A stretch of 64,000 bases of DNA, from NCBI RefSeq assembly GCF_036971445.1, contig NC_091473.1:205158001-205222000 (forward strand), read 5' to 3'. Position 1 is the stretch's first letter. Each line of letters begins with the position of its first letter. This stretch comes from Narcine bancroftii. Its lineage: Eukaryota. The translations under genes and the position numbers were made by a program. This document shows, one piece after another, positions 11,419 to 24,900 of this stretch. The notes beneath the pieces were generated by a model. It worked only from the letters and a program-made list of their open reading frames with translations. It was not told where the DNA came from and ran no database searches.

Positions 11419-11477
11419 GATTCTGTAACGGATGTGGGTGGAAACAATACCGGAGACAGAGGACGCGAGACTCAGAG

Positions 11478-12750
11478 TGAGGTTCCCCCTCAACCTTTCC
11501 CCTTTCACCATAAAGCGGTGTCCTCTTGTAGTTATCTCTCCAAATCTAAGTTGAAAGAGCCTACTCAATTTTACAGTGTCTACAACTCTCTTAAATTAGT
11601 AAATCTCAATCAAGCATCCCCTTATTCCTCTACGCTACAAGTCCTAACCTGTGTAATCTTTCCCTGTAATTCAACTCCTGAATACTCGAAACATCGTAGC
11701 AAATCTCTCTGCACTCTTTAAATCTTAAATATACCCTTCGTATAGTTTGGCGACCAGAAGGGCACAGAGAACTCCTAATGTTCTCATATTTTCTATACTC
11801 TTCTCGTAGCTAATTGCTATTTGTTCCCTATACACACTTTACACCTTCTTCACCAGATCGCAAATGTCCTCGAAAACCAAGGTTCCCTCTGCCTGTTATC
11901 TGTGCCTTTAATCGTGACAGGAACCGGCAAAATCTGCTCTCTCAAAATGTCGCATTTGAAGACCTTCCACTGACTGAACACATATTTGCCATTAAACAGA
12001 TTATTCCAGTCCACTCTTCCTCGATCCTTTCTTATTTCCATAAATTGGCCTCTCACCAATTTATAATATTAACTCGACGGTTAGACCTGTCTATATGCAT
12101 AAGTAAATTGAAAATAAGGACATAAAGTATTGCATCAGCTCTCGTTGGCACCTATATATATTGAATAAGAAATCTTTCCTGAACAGATTTGACAAACGTT
12201 AAGCCACCCAGCCCTTTTACCACATGGGGGTCCAGTCAATATATGGAAAATTAAAATCACCTACTATCCCAACTTTCTGTTTCTTACATCGGTCTGCTTA
12301 CTCTTTTCAGATTTGCACCGTCAATTCTCTTGGACTATTGTACGGTCTATAACACAACCCTTTCAGTGTGGCCGCATCATACCCGTTGGTGAACTACATC
12401 CATATGGCCTCTGAGGACGAGTCCTTTCCTGTCTAATCTCACTCTTCCCCCTTTCACCCTCCCACATCATGTCAGAAAGAGAGAATCATGGAGCAATGTG
12501 CTGCCAGTCCTACTTCTCCTGCAACCACCTCTCACTAAAGGCAATAAAGTCGTGATTCCACGCCTGAAAACCGCCCGCCTTTGTGGCAATACTCGTTGCA
12601 TTAAAATAAATAGAACATTTCTATCGTGTGCAAACCTTTGATTTCTGTCTATACACGCAGTCCTCACATGATATTTATCCACGTCAACCTCACTATCAGC
12701 TCTCACAGTCTGGTTTCCCTCCACCTACAAATCAAACTTAACCCTCCGGA
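11478..12750 (-). mobile_element. Degenerate CR1 LINE, segmental copy truncated at deletion junction
   Basis: Paralog of 6030-7408. Confidence 0.78.
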
Positions 12751-13247
12751 GATCTGCCCTCCTCTGATCGTTTCTCTTTCTCTGCGTGCTCTGTGTCTGA
12801 GGTGAGAGGTTGGAAGTCTTGAAGAAATAGACAGCCATTTGCTGGAATATTGTACTTAAACGATCGATTGTTGTTTAGATAGATGGGAGGGAGAGGTTAT
12901 CACTACTCTCGAAAGGTTAAATAAGTGTAAGAGGGAGTCGAGTCGAAACAGAACGGGAGAAGCGGCGAGGGGGCCCAGGAAAACAAGAGGAGGTGATGGG
13001 AAGGGATGAGCGAGAGTGAAGAGATAAAGACGTGGGGCGTGTAAATGTAGACAGCGAAACACGAGCGAAAATGACTGAACATGAGAACAGCCAACATTAA
13101 TAACTAGATTCCATTGGTCCAGTAACTGCGCCCTATTGAGCCGATGTGCGAGGAGGGCGCCCTCCTGTGTATCCTAGAGGATGGGCCGCCACTGACGCGA
13201 CCACCCAGTCTTCGACTAAAATGTTGAAATATTCGCTGTTTATCTTC

Positions 13248-13708
13248 ATGCTGGTTTCCTCCCCATTCAGTTATTTGTTGATTCTGTGGGCCGTTCAGCT
13301 TGGTGAGCCTCTGACAGATTGGTCAGCGCGTGTCCCTACCGGCTCAGCGCAATTCTTCTCATATCTTGCACTGCGAGTTTCATTCCAGGAACAAAAGGGG
13401 AAATGTAGTAACACACGGAAATGTCTGCGGGACGCCAAGCAGAGTCACTGACACTACTTACCCCACAAGTGTTACCTTATATCTTTGGGACGTTAAAATC
13501 CCCGTGGATCGTCAAATCTTGGATATAACATCCAGTTCGATGTGGTTCAGACTCACGATCGTCTGGACAGGATGACGGTTACATTGGAGAAAAGGGTCCG
13601 AATATTACATCTCAATATCTCGAAAGCTCTTGAAGCCGACTTGACCGTGTATATCTGTGCGGTGCGGCTCACGCTGTTCTTTGGAAATAGCGGTGACGCA
13701 CAAAACCT
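13248..13708 (+). pseudogene. TCR V pseudogene family F copy 2
   Basis: Leader 13248-13302 with GT donor; spliced frame hits TAG after about 6 codons; FR3 remnant YICAVR; RSS 13670-13708. Confidence 0.82.
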
Positions 13709-14112
13709 GATTCTGAAATCGGATGTGGGTGGAATCAAAACGGGAGGAAGAGGACGGGAGATCATGTTAGTGATTGCGAAAGGCCGAGCAGTTAAAAATG
13801 TTAGATAGAATGAGCTAGAGGAATAGAATGAAAGAAGCGGAGAGAGGGAGCGAGGGAGGAGATAAAAAGACGGAAGACACTGGGAATGCACAGATAGAGG
13901 GAGAAACCGTGAAAGGAGAGCGCGATGAAGACTGTCTTCTCAACGCGGTCTGATTGGTTCACGAATGAGATCATCAACCAATCCTATGTGAAGGAAACGC
14001 ATTCATTTCTGACCCAGGGTGTTTGTCCGCTCATAACATCGACCGATCCGTATTTCCCTATGTTCAGCTGTAATACGGGGAAATCTTCGCCTTTGACCTT
14101 AATCCGCAGATC

Positions 14113-14322
14113 ATGGCTGTTGTGTGTTTTTTGCCGTTTCTTTGGGTCGTTTTGACTGGTGAGCATGTCCGATATGTTACCATCCCCGGTAGTCCACGTG
14201 TTTGTAACTTTAACATTAGTAAAGTTAGATGAGTTCCCCCCAAGAATCAAACTCCTTAGCTCTCCCTCCGTTTACTCGTTTACTCGTTCACTGTCTACGT
14301 ACTGATCTACGTCGCGCGCCCC

Positions 14323-14375
<53 letters not shown>

Positions 14376-14923
14376 CTCGCCATTCTATTGAGAGAGAAAC
14401 AAGTCCAGTCTCCAAAAGACATTTTTCAGCATCCGACTTGAGTTTGCGACCTTGCGAGCATTTAGAAAATTTCTTTCTTTCGAATTGAAGCCGAGCATCA
14501 TGTTCCTCCTGAAGATTGGGCAGAATCTTAGGGCCGATCTGCCAGCTGAGACAGATTGGTCAACAAGTGTCGCGCGGGTGCAGTACGGTCCAGCGGTGTT
14601 CACTCATTCTGCTTTGTTCCAGGGGCCAGTGCGAATGATTCAGTGACACAAAGACCGCCGGAAATGATAGTCGATGAAGGGCAGTTTGTGGAACTGAACT
14701 GTAGTTACTCGATGACAACCTACGCTTATTTTTGGTACATTCAACATCCCGGAGAATCTCCAAAATATTTGCTGAAAATCCAACTGTCAGGAGACGTGTT
14801 TCCTTCTCGCGATTGTCCTGGGAGGATATCGGGTTCCTTAGAGAAAACGAGCCAGAGATTCCACCTTAATATCTCACAAATCCGCGTGGATGATTCCGCC
14901 GTGTATCTCTGCGCCGTGGAGCT
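14113..14923 (+). CDS. TRAV: TCR alpha/delta V gene segment, family A copy 2 (apparently functional)
   Basis: Leader 14113-14158; open V exon 14623-14923 with Cys/Trp/Cys; RSS 14924-14961. Confidence 0.9.
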
Positions 14924-16261
14924 CACGCTGTTCCAGGGCGGCGGGGATCTGCACAAAAACTCACCTCGAAAATTGTCATCACGCGCGGTGGCTTGGGGGC
15001 GCTCTCGGTCCCCAGAAGCCAGTTCTGTCAGTCAGATTAATAGAAGGGTGAAGTCAACGCCGAGGTGCTGGAGATTTTCCCTCATCTTGCGTTTCTTTTT
15101 CTCTGCATCCGTTTCGTTTCTTTGAGGTTGAAGGTAGGATGACAGCGAAGGAGATAAAGTGAACAGCTGTTTCCCAGAATATAGTGGGAAAAGGGAAGTT
15201 ATGTTTTTGTGATGGAAATTGAGAAGTTGATAAAGGCGGCGCGGGTAGGGCAAGAGCGTGGCCCCACATTCATGAGTGCATATGGCATAGAGTAGGGGAC
15301 AAAGCAGGCATTGATGCGTGTTTCTGATCATCGTCGAGGAGGTGATGTTGCCGATGAGCACTGTTGGGGGCTTCCAATGAGGATGTCACAGATCCAGTAA
15401 CAGATGGCTGGACAAAGTACCGGATCCTTTAGATTGGTCATCCGCTTTGCAACTGTGTGGGCGTTGAACGCCGGGCATTAGTCCTTGAACAGCAAACCCA
15501 CCATGGTATTTCAGCGGTATAGGTGATTTAATAAAGAGTGGACCGTCAACGGTAGGGGTGGGGGTGGGGGGCGGTCGTCACTTGTGGCGACGGGCGATGG
15601 GCCAATTGAAGTGTGTCCAGTTCCTTCAAGTGATAGGTGTTAATGCGCTCTATAACCAAACGGCGAAAACATTTCCTCCAAGTCCGTTAACTTGCTCCTG
15701 ATGGGCAACAGGAGAGAGCAACGTGGAAGCAAAATCTCATAGAAATGCTGGAGCAACACAGCCGGTGCTGCAGAACCCAAAAGGAGGGAAAGATACCTCA
15801 CCGATATTTCGGGTCCGAGCCCTTCTTCAATGAATATGAAAATCTCTTGAATGTGTTAAAATTAAGACTGCAGACTGACCGGGTTTGTTTGTGGGGGAGG
15901 GGGGGGGGCGGGGTGGGGGGGGAGGGGGGGGGGCTGAGAGGGGCAGTTCAAAGCGACAGTTGATAATTGGCTATGGAAGGTAAAGAGATGAGAATTGATT
16001 TTGTTTCTGTCAACGGGGACAGAGGGAAACTCACATAGACCGAGACACNNNNNNNNNNNNNNNNNNNNNNNNNNNNNNNNNNNNNNNNNNNNNNNNNNNN
16101 NNNNNNNNNNNNNNNNNNNNNNNNNNNNNNNNNNNNNNNNNNNNNNNNNNNNNNNNNNNNNNNNNNNNNNNNNNNNNNNNNNNNNNNNNNNNNNNNNNNN
16201 NNNNNAGGGAGAGAGAGGGCCGCGGGAAAATGCAAAAGTGGGAAGAATTAATTGTTTATCC

Positions 16262-16619
16262 TGACTTCCCCCCCTTTCAGTTGTTTGCTGATTTTGTGGA
16301 CCGATCCACTTGGCGAACCTCTGACTGATTGGGTAGCTTGCGTCCCTCCCGGTTCAGCGCAATTTCTCGCATATTACATTCATTGCGCGTTTCGTTCAGA
16401 CACAATTTGAAATATCGTGGCCCATATATTAAATGCTTAAAAATTATAACCGAGACGACGTGGTTCTGCCTCACGTTTGACTGGACAGGATGACGTTGGA
16501 GAAAAGGGGCTGGATATTTCACCTCAATACGTCGAAAACGTTTGTAGCGGACTTGATGGTTTATCTCAGGGCGGTGTGGCTCACGCTGTTCTTTGGAAAT
16601 AGCTGGACGCACAAATCGT
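16262..16619 (+). pseudogene. TCR V relic family B copy 3
   Basis: Paralog of 3030-3386. Confidence 0.7.
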
Positions 16620-16997
16620 ATGTGGTTTGAAATGAAACGCGAGAAAGAGGATGCTAGAGCAGGTTAGGGATTGCTTAATGTTGAACAGGTGAAAATGTGA
16701 GACAGAGTGAGCGTCAAGAATAGAACGAAAGAAGGAGAAAGGGAGCGAGGGAGGAGATTAAAAAAGGGTAGATGCGGGGAGTGAACAGGTAGAGGGTTCG
16801 TGAAGCGAGGGGAACGCGATGCAAACTGTCTTCACTAACGCGTTCTTATTGGTTGGATAATGACCACACCAACCAATCCTGTATGATGGAAACACTCTCA
16901 TATCTGTCCCAAGTGTTAGACCGCTCATAACATCGCCCCACCAATTGTACTGCGGTAACATAAGGAAACCTTCGTTGATGATCTTAATCCACATACC

Positions 16998-17799
16998 ATG
17001 TTCTTAGTGAATGGTTTGGTGATTCTTTGGGCCGTTCTGACTAGTGAGCCTGTCTGACTGGTCAGCGACTTCTGCCCATTGTCCTCTCTCTACAAATCTC
17101 TAGCTTTAACATAATTAAAGACGGACAAATTCCCCAACTTCCTTTGCTCTTCCTTGCACCTTCTTCCTCCGCTTACTCATTTACACACTCTCTGTGTTTA
17201 CTGAACTTCCTCGCGGTTTCACTGTCGCACTCGTTCCCCCCCTCTCTCGCTCTTCGCCATTTTCGTACGAGGGAAACGGGGACACATACAGAGTTTCTGC
17301 TGCTCCCGACGTGGGTACGCAACCTGATACCTCCGAATTTAGACCGGGCATCATGTTCCTACTGATTTGTTGGCTGAGTATATGCACCGTTCCGCCTGTT
17401 GAAACTAATTGGTCAACTAGTGCCGCGCGGGTTCAGTGCCATCCAGCGGCGTTCACACATTTTATTTTGTTCCAGGGGCAGGGCAAAGGATTCGGTGACC
17501 CAAAGCCCGCCGCAAATGTTAGTGGATAAAGGGCAGATCGTATCAATGAGATGTAGTTACTTGATTAGCCCCGACACTAATTTTTGGTACATTGAATATC
17601 CCGGAGAATCTCCAAAATATTTGGCGAAAATCTACACGTCCCGAATCGTGGTTCAGACTCACGATTATCCTGAGAAAATAAAGCGTTATTTGGTGAAAAA
17701 GGTAATGAAATCCACCTCATCATCTCTGAAAGCCTTGTGGAGGAATCCGTCGTGTATCTCACGCAGCTGCAGATGGGCTGGCAGATCCACACAAAAAAC
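16998..17799 (+). pseudogene. TCR V pseudogene family C copy 3
   Basis: Frameshifts near the exon start and in FR3; second Cys lost. Confidence 0.88.
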
Positions 17800-18707
17800 C
17801 GAACCTCATGGAATTTAATCGGACACTGTGGCTCAGGGGCGCACCCGTCAACGGAATGGAAGCGACAGCGCGATCTACCTGAAGGGCCTGCTATAACGCG
17901 GAGTTGCAGGAGATTTGCCATTCTCTGAGCGTTACTCTTTCTCTGAGTGCTCTTGGTCTGAATTGGAGGTTGGAAGTCAGGGGAGAGGGTGAAACAGATA
18001 GGTATTTGTCAGTATATTGTAGGAAAATGAAGCAATGTTCTTTAGATGGAAGGTGAGAAGTTTAAAAAAATCTTAGCCACGCGGGTCGGTGGGACTAGCG
18101 ATCCCTCAAACCTGTTATTGCTAAAATGAACAACTAGCTCCTTGGTCTTGATGATATTAAAAACATAATTGTCGTTCTCGAACCAGCCAAACTGGTTCTC
18201 GATCACTATCCTACATTCGGACTCATCGTTTCCATTTATTTGGGCAGCCCTGGTGGCGCCTTCAGCTAATTTGTAGATTGAGTTTGGGGTGAACTTGGCT
18301 GAACATCCATGAGTGAACATGGCTAAGGTTGAAGGGAGGGAGAGATTGGCACTGCTCTCGAAAGATTAACTAAGTGGAAGACGGAGTCGCCTCAAGGAAG
18401 GAAGTGAAAGAGAACAGGAGAAGCGGCGAGAGGGTGCAGGAAAACATGTGAAGATGAAGGAAAGGGATGAGCAAGAGTGAAGAAGAGAGAGACGTCTGGT
18501 GTGTAAATATAGACAAGTAACACGTGGGAAAAAGAGTGAGAATGAGAACGGCCAAGATTAGTAACCAGATTTCATTGGTTCTATCACTATTGTGAAGATG
18601 TGCGAGGAATGCGCCCTCCTGTGCCTCCTAGAGGATGGGCCGCTACTGACGCGATCCCACAGTCACATATCGGGCGAAGACGTTGAAAGATGCTTCTGTT
18701 CATATTC

Positions 18708-19166
18708 ATCCTGGATTCCTTCCCATTCAGTGTTTTTCTGATTCTGTGGGCCGTTCTGCTTGGAGAACCTCTGTCTAATTTGTCAGCGCGTGTCCCTCCC
18801 GGCTCAGACTATTTCCTCGCAGATCTGCACTGCTTGCTTCTTTCCGAAACAAATGGGGAAATGCTGTGACACACGGACATGGCCGCGGTAAGACAAGAAG
18901 TGGCACTGAAACTAGTTACCCGAGAGGTGTAACCTTATTTTTTGGAGACGTTACAATTCCCGTGGACAGTGAGATCTTGGATATATCATAGTATTCAATG
19001 CGCTTCGGTCTCACGATCGTCCGGACAGGATGACGGTTCCTTTGGAGAAAAGGGCCTGGATATTCCACCTCAATGTTTCGAAAGCTGTTGAAGCGGACTT
19101 GGCCGTGTATCTCTGCGCGGTGCCGCTCACTCTGTTCTTTGGAAATTGCAAAAATGCACAAAAGCT
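18708..19166 (+). pseudogene. TCR V pseudogene family D copy 3
   Basis: Paralog; RSS 19128-19166. Confidence 0.8.
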
Positions 19167-19234
19167 GATTCTGAAATCGGATGTGGGTGGAAACAAAACC
19201 GGAGACAGAGGACGCGAGACTCAGAGTGAGGCAG

Positions 19235-21518
19235 TCATATGGCAACTCGATCACACTCCCGCCACTCTCTGAGTGGAGGTTCCCCCTCAACCTTTCCCCT
19301 TTCACCATAAAGCGGTGTCCTCTTGTAGTTATCTCTCCAAATCTAAGTTGAAAAAGCCTACTCAATTTTACAGTGTCTACAACTCTCTTAAATTAGTAAA
19401 TCTCAATCAAGCATCCCCTTATTCCTCTACGCTACAAGTCCTAACCTGTGTAATCTTTCCCTGTAATTCAACTCCTGAATACTCGAAACATCGTAGCAAA
19501 TCTCTCTGCACTCTTTCAATCTTAAATATACCCTTCGTATAGTTTGGCGACCAGAAGAGCACACAGAACTCCTAATGTTCTCATATTTTCTTTCTTTTTC
19601 AATCTTTTTATTATTATTATAATTTATAAACACATACAGTTCAAAGAGATATAAAAAATACATAGTAAGTAATGAATTAATACAGAGATATTAAACAATA
19701 ATATTACAGAATAAAAATATATCATAAAGTTTTTTTTACATCAGTTTAAGGTGTGAACTATCTCTAAAAAAAAGATATAATTAATAACAATATATGAAAA
19801 AAGAGAAGAAAATACCCCAAAAAAGAAGAAAAAACAAATCTGAATTAAAAAAACTTTAAAAAAAACAAAAAAAACCTACAGATATAGATAAACCACGCCG
19901 ATCACTCCGATCTCAACTTACAGCCCAATTATCATACATAATCATAGAAAGAAAACAGAGCCAGATCAACTCACCACAAATGAAAATATTGAATAAATGG
20001 TCGCCAGGTTAACTCAAACTTAGAAGGGGATTCATAGACAGAGTTTCTAATTTTCTCTAAATTTAAACATAGTATAGTTTGGGTAAACCATTGGAAAACA
20101 GTGGGAGGATTAACCTCTTTCCAATTCAATAGTATAGATCTTCTAGCCATTAGTGTAAGATAAGCAATCATACGATCCGCAGGAAGAGATAAATAAGTCA
20201 AATCTATCATAGGTGCATAACATTCACTAATAGAGTTTAAAGTTGTTCATAGAGCTCATATGTCTAAAGATAAACTCCATCGCTTTTATTCTCATATCGA
20301 TCCTATATGTGATAAATGTCAATTGGAAATAGCTTCCCTTACACATATGTTTTGGTCCTGTTCCTCTTTACAGAATTATTGGAAGGAAATTTTTTCCATT
20401 ATATCTACTGTTTTGAATATTGATTTACAACCACATCCCATTACTGCAATTTTTGGATTACCTATGATAGATTTGACTTATTTATCTCATATTTTCTATA
20501 CTCTTCTCGTAGCTAATTGCTATTTGTTCCCTATACACACTTTACACCTTCTTCACCAGATCGCAAATGTCCTCGAAAACCAAGGTTCCCTCTGCCTGTT
20601 ATCTGTGCCTTTAATCGTGACAGGAACGGGCAAAATCTGCTCTCTCAAAATGTCACATTTGAAGAACTTCCACTGACTGAACACATATTTGCCATTAAAC
20701 AGATTATTCCAGTCCACTCTTCCTCGATCCTTTCTCATTTCCATAAATTGGCCTCTCACCAATTTATAATATTAACTCGAGGGTTAGACCTGTCCATATG
20801 CATAAGTAAATTGAAAATAAGGACATAAAGTATTGCATCAGCTCTCGTTGGCACCTATATATATTGATTAAGAAATCTTTCCTGAACAGATTTGACAAAC
20901 GTTAAGCCACCCAGCCCTTTTACCACATGGGGGTCCAGTCAATATATGGAAAATTAAAATCACCTACTATCCCAACTTTCTGTTTCTTACATCGGTCTGC
21001 TTACTCTTTTCAGATTTGCACCGTCAATTCTCTTGGACTATTGTACGGTCTATAATACAACCCTTTCGGTGTGGCCGCATCATACCCGTTGGTGAACTAC
21101 ATCCATATGGCCTCTGAGGACGAGTCCTGTCCTGTCTAATCTCACTCTTCCCCCTTCACCCTCCCACATCATGTCAGAAAGAGAGAATCCTGGAGCAATG
21201 TGCTGCCAGTCCTACTGCTCCTGCAACCACGTCTCACTAAAGGCAATAAATTCGTGATTCCACGCCTGAAAACCGCCCGCCTTTGTGGCAATACTCGTTG
21301 CATTAAAATAAATAGAACATTTCTATCGTGTGAAAACCTTTGATTTCTGTCTATACACGCAGTCCTCACATGATATTTATCCACGTCCACCTCACTATCA
21401 GCTCTCACAGTCTGGTTTCCTTCCCCCTACAAATCAAACTTAACCCTCCGGAACAGCATCAGCAAACCTGCCTGCAAGGATATAGGTCCAATTCCAGTTC
21501 GGATACAAACCCCCTGTC
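19235..21518 (-). mobile_element. Degenerate CR1 LINE copy with nested L1 fragment
   Basis: Paralog of 6030-7408 interrupted by 19592-20484. Confidence 0.78.
19592..20484 (-). mobile_element. 5'-truncated, 5'-inverted (twin-primed) L1 fragment from a second L1 family
   Basis: ORF2 C-terminus on minus strand (19971-20210) plus 3' UTR; upstream CCHC region on plus strand (~20215-20484); 13-bp TSD TCTCATATTTTCT at 19579-19591 and 20485-20497; absent at the 6.38 kb and 11.78 kb paralogous sites. Confidence 0.92.
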
Positions 21519-21640
21519 GGATATATTTGCTGGAAAATCCGCAGCTCAGGGATAGAGGGTCTGTCTCACTATTGGACGGACAGGATGAAGGGTTCCTTGG
21601 AGAAAAGGGGTCGGATATTCTAAGTCATTATCTCCGGAGA

Positions 21641-21710
<70 letters not shown>

Positions 21711-21958
21711 TTTATTTTTCACACCATAAATCACAATAGCCATGATATACACTTTTTCTTTTCCACACATTTACAGTGACTTTTTCTCCCTCCCCCCTTC
21801 CTCCTCCCAAGCCACCCCCCCATCCCTCCCCCCTCTCATCCATTTTAGTTATACAATCTAGGTTGCATTATTTCAGTTAGACAATGTTGTCATTCAACAA
21901 AAATACACCAGAAATTCTACTGAGTCCATTTTTTTTCTTCTCTTCTCCTTCCATCAAC

Positions 21959-24900
21959 TTAGGTAATGTTTGTTCCCGGTAGGTTTTCGCTATTGTATTT
22001 AATGTAAGGCTCCCATACTTGTTCGAATATTTCAATATTATTTCTTAAACTATATGTTATTTTTTCTAATGGAATACATTTATTCATTTCTATATACCAT
22101 TGTTGTATTTTCAAATTATCTTCCAATTTCCAGGTTGACATAATACATTTTTTTGCTACAGCTAGGGCTATCTTAACAAATCTTTTTTGTGCATCCTCCA
22201 AGTCAATTCCAAATTCTTTATTTTTTATGTTACTTAGGAGAAAGATCTCTGGATTCTTTGGTATATTGTTTTCTGTTATTTTATTTAATATCTGATTGAG
22301 ATCATCCCAAAATTTTTCTACTCTCTCACATGTCCAGATTGCATGAATTGTTGTTCCCCTTTCTTTTTTACATCGAAAACATCTATCAGATACTGTTGGG
22401 TCCCATTTATTTAACTTTTGCGGTGTAATGTATAGTCTGTGTAACCAATTATATTGTATCATACGCAGCCTCGTATTTATTGTATTTCTCATCGTTCCAG
22501 AGCATAACTTCTCCCATGTTTCCTTTTTTATCTTTATATTTAAATCTTGTTCCCATTTTTGTTTAGTTTTACCATTTGTTTCCTCATTTTCCTTTTCTTG
22601 CAGTTTAATATACATATTTTTTATAAATCTTTTGATTAACATTGTATCTGTAATCACATATTCAAGGTTACTTCCCTCTGGTAAACTCAAGTTGCTTCCT
22701 AATTTATCTTTCAAGTAGGATCTCAGTTGGTAATATGCCAGCGCTGTATCTCCCGTTATATTGTACTTATCTCTCATTTGTTCAAAGGATAAGAATCTAT
22801 TTCCTGAAAAACAATTTTCTATTCTTTTAATCCCTTTTTTTTCCCATTTTCTAAAGGCAAGGTTGTCTATTGTAAAAGGGAGTAGCTTATTTTGCGTCAA
22901 TATTAGTTTTGGTATTTGGTAATTTATTTTATTTCTTTCTACATGTATCTTCTTCCATATATTGAGGAGATGGTGTAATACTGGAGAAGTTCTATGTTGT
23001 ACCAATTTTTCGTCCCATTTATATAATATGTGTTCAGGTATCTTTTCCCCTATTTTATCTAATTCTAGTCTCGTCCAGTCTGGTTTTTCCCTTGTTTGAT
23101 AAAAATCTGATAGGTACCTTAATTGTGCGGCTCTATAATAATTTTTGAAGTTTGGCAATTGTAAGCCTCCTTGTTTATACCATTCTGTTAATTTGTCTAG
23201 TGCTATCCTCGGTTTCCCCCCTCTCCATAAAAATCTCCTTATTATTTTCTTTAACTCTTTGAAGAATTTTTCTGTCAGTTGTATTGGCAATGCCTGAAAT
23301 AAGTATAGTATCCTTGGAAAAATGTTCATTTTAATACAGTTTATCCTTCCTATCAGTGTTAGTGGTAGCTCTTTCCAATGCTCTAAATCGTCCTGTAGTT
23401 TTTTCATTAGTGGATTGTAATTGAGTTTATATAATTGGCCTAGATTTTTGTTTATTTGCACACCTAGGTATCTTATTGCCTGCGTTTGCCATCTGAATGG
23501 GGATTCCTCCTTAAATTTTGAGAAATCCGCGTTATTCATAGGCATTGCTTCACTTTTATTTACGTTTATCTTGTATCCCGACACTTCTCCATATTCCTTC
23601 AATTTCTTATATAGTTCTTTTATTGATAGTTCTGGTTCTGTTAAGTACACTATCACATCATCCGCAAACAGACTGATTTTATATTCCCTGTCTTTTATTT
23701 TTATTCCTTTTATATTATTATCTCTTCTTATCGATTCTGCTAGTGGTTCTATAGCTAGCGCAAACAATAATGGTGATAGTGGGCATCCCTGCCGCGTTGA
23801 CCTGCTTAAGTTAAATTGCTTTGATACATGTCCATTTACTGTCACTTTCGCTAACGGTCCCTTATATAATGCTTTAATCCAATTAATATACTTCTCCGGT
23901 AAACTGAATTTTTGCAATACTTTGAACAAGTAATTCCATTCTACTCTGTCGAAGGCCTTCTCTGCGTCTAAAGCAACTGCTACTGCCGGTGCTTTATTTC
24001 CTTCTACTGCATGAATTAAGTTAATAAATTTACAAATATTGTCTGTTGTGCGTCTTTTTTTGATAAATCCAGTTTGGTCTAAATTTACCATTTTCGGTAC
24101 CTGTTCTGCTAATCTGTTCGCTAATAGTTTAGCTATTATCTTATAATCTGTGTTTAGCAAAGATATTGGTCTATATGACGCTGGTGAGAGTGGATCTTTC
24201 CCTTGTTTTAGTATCACTGTAATTATTGCTGTTTTACATGAATCTGGTAAGTTTTGTGTCTCATCAATCTGGTTGATTACATCCAGGAGGGGCGGTATTA
24301 TTAGGTCTTTAAATGTTTTGTAGAATTCTATTGGGAGTCCATCCTCTCCTGGTGTCTTATTATTTGGTAAATTTTTTATTATCTCTTGTATTTCTACTGT
24401 TCCAAATGGTTCTGTTAATTTATTTTGTTCCTCTATTTGTAGTTTTGGTAGTTCAATTTTAGTCAAAAATTCATCTATTTTCCCTTCTTTCCCTTCGTTT
24501 TCGGTTCGGTATAATTGTTCATAGAATTCTCTGAAGTTTTCCTTAATTTCTTTTGGATTATATGTAATTTGTTTGTCTTTTTTCCTTGTTGCCAATACCG
24601 TTTTCTTAGTTTGCTCTGTCTTAAGCTGCCATGCTAGGATTTTGTGTGTTTTTTCCCCTAGTTCATAATATTTCTGTTTTGTCTTCATTATATTCTTCTC
24701 CACCTTATATGTTTGTAATGTTTCATATTTTATTTTTTTATCCGCCAATTCTCTTCTTTTGGTTGTATCTTCCTTTATTGCTAATTTTTTTTCTATGTTT
24801 ATTATTTCCCTTTCCAACTGCTCTGTTTCCTGATTATAGTCCTTCTTCATCTTGGTTGCATAACTTATTATTTGCCCTCTAATGAATGCTTTCATTGCGT

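Noticed and set aside
21527-21770. Poly-Phe and poly-Lys ORFs
   Set aside because: Translations of the L1 polyA tail.
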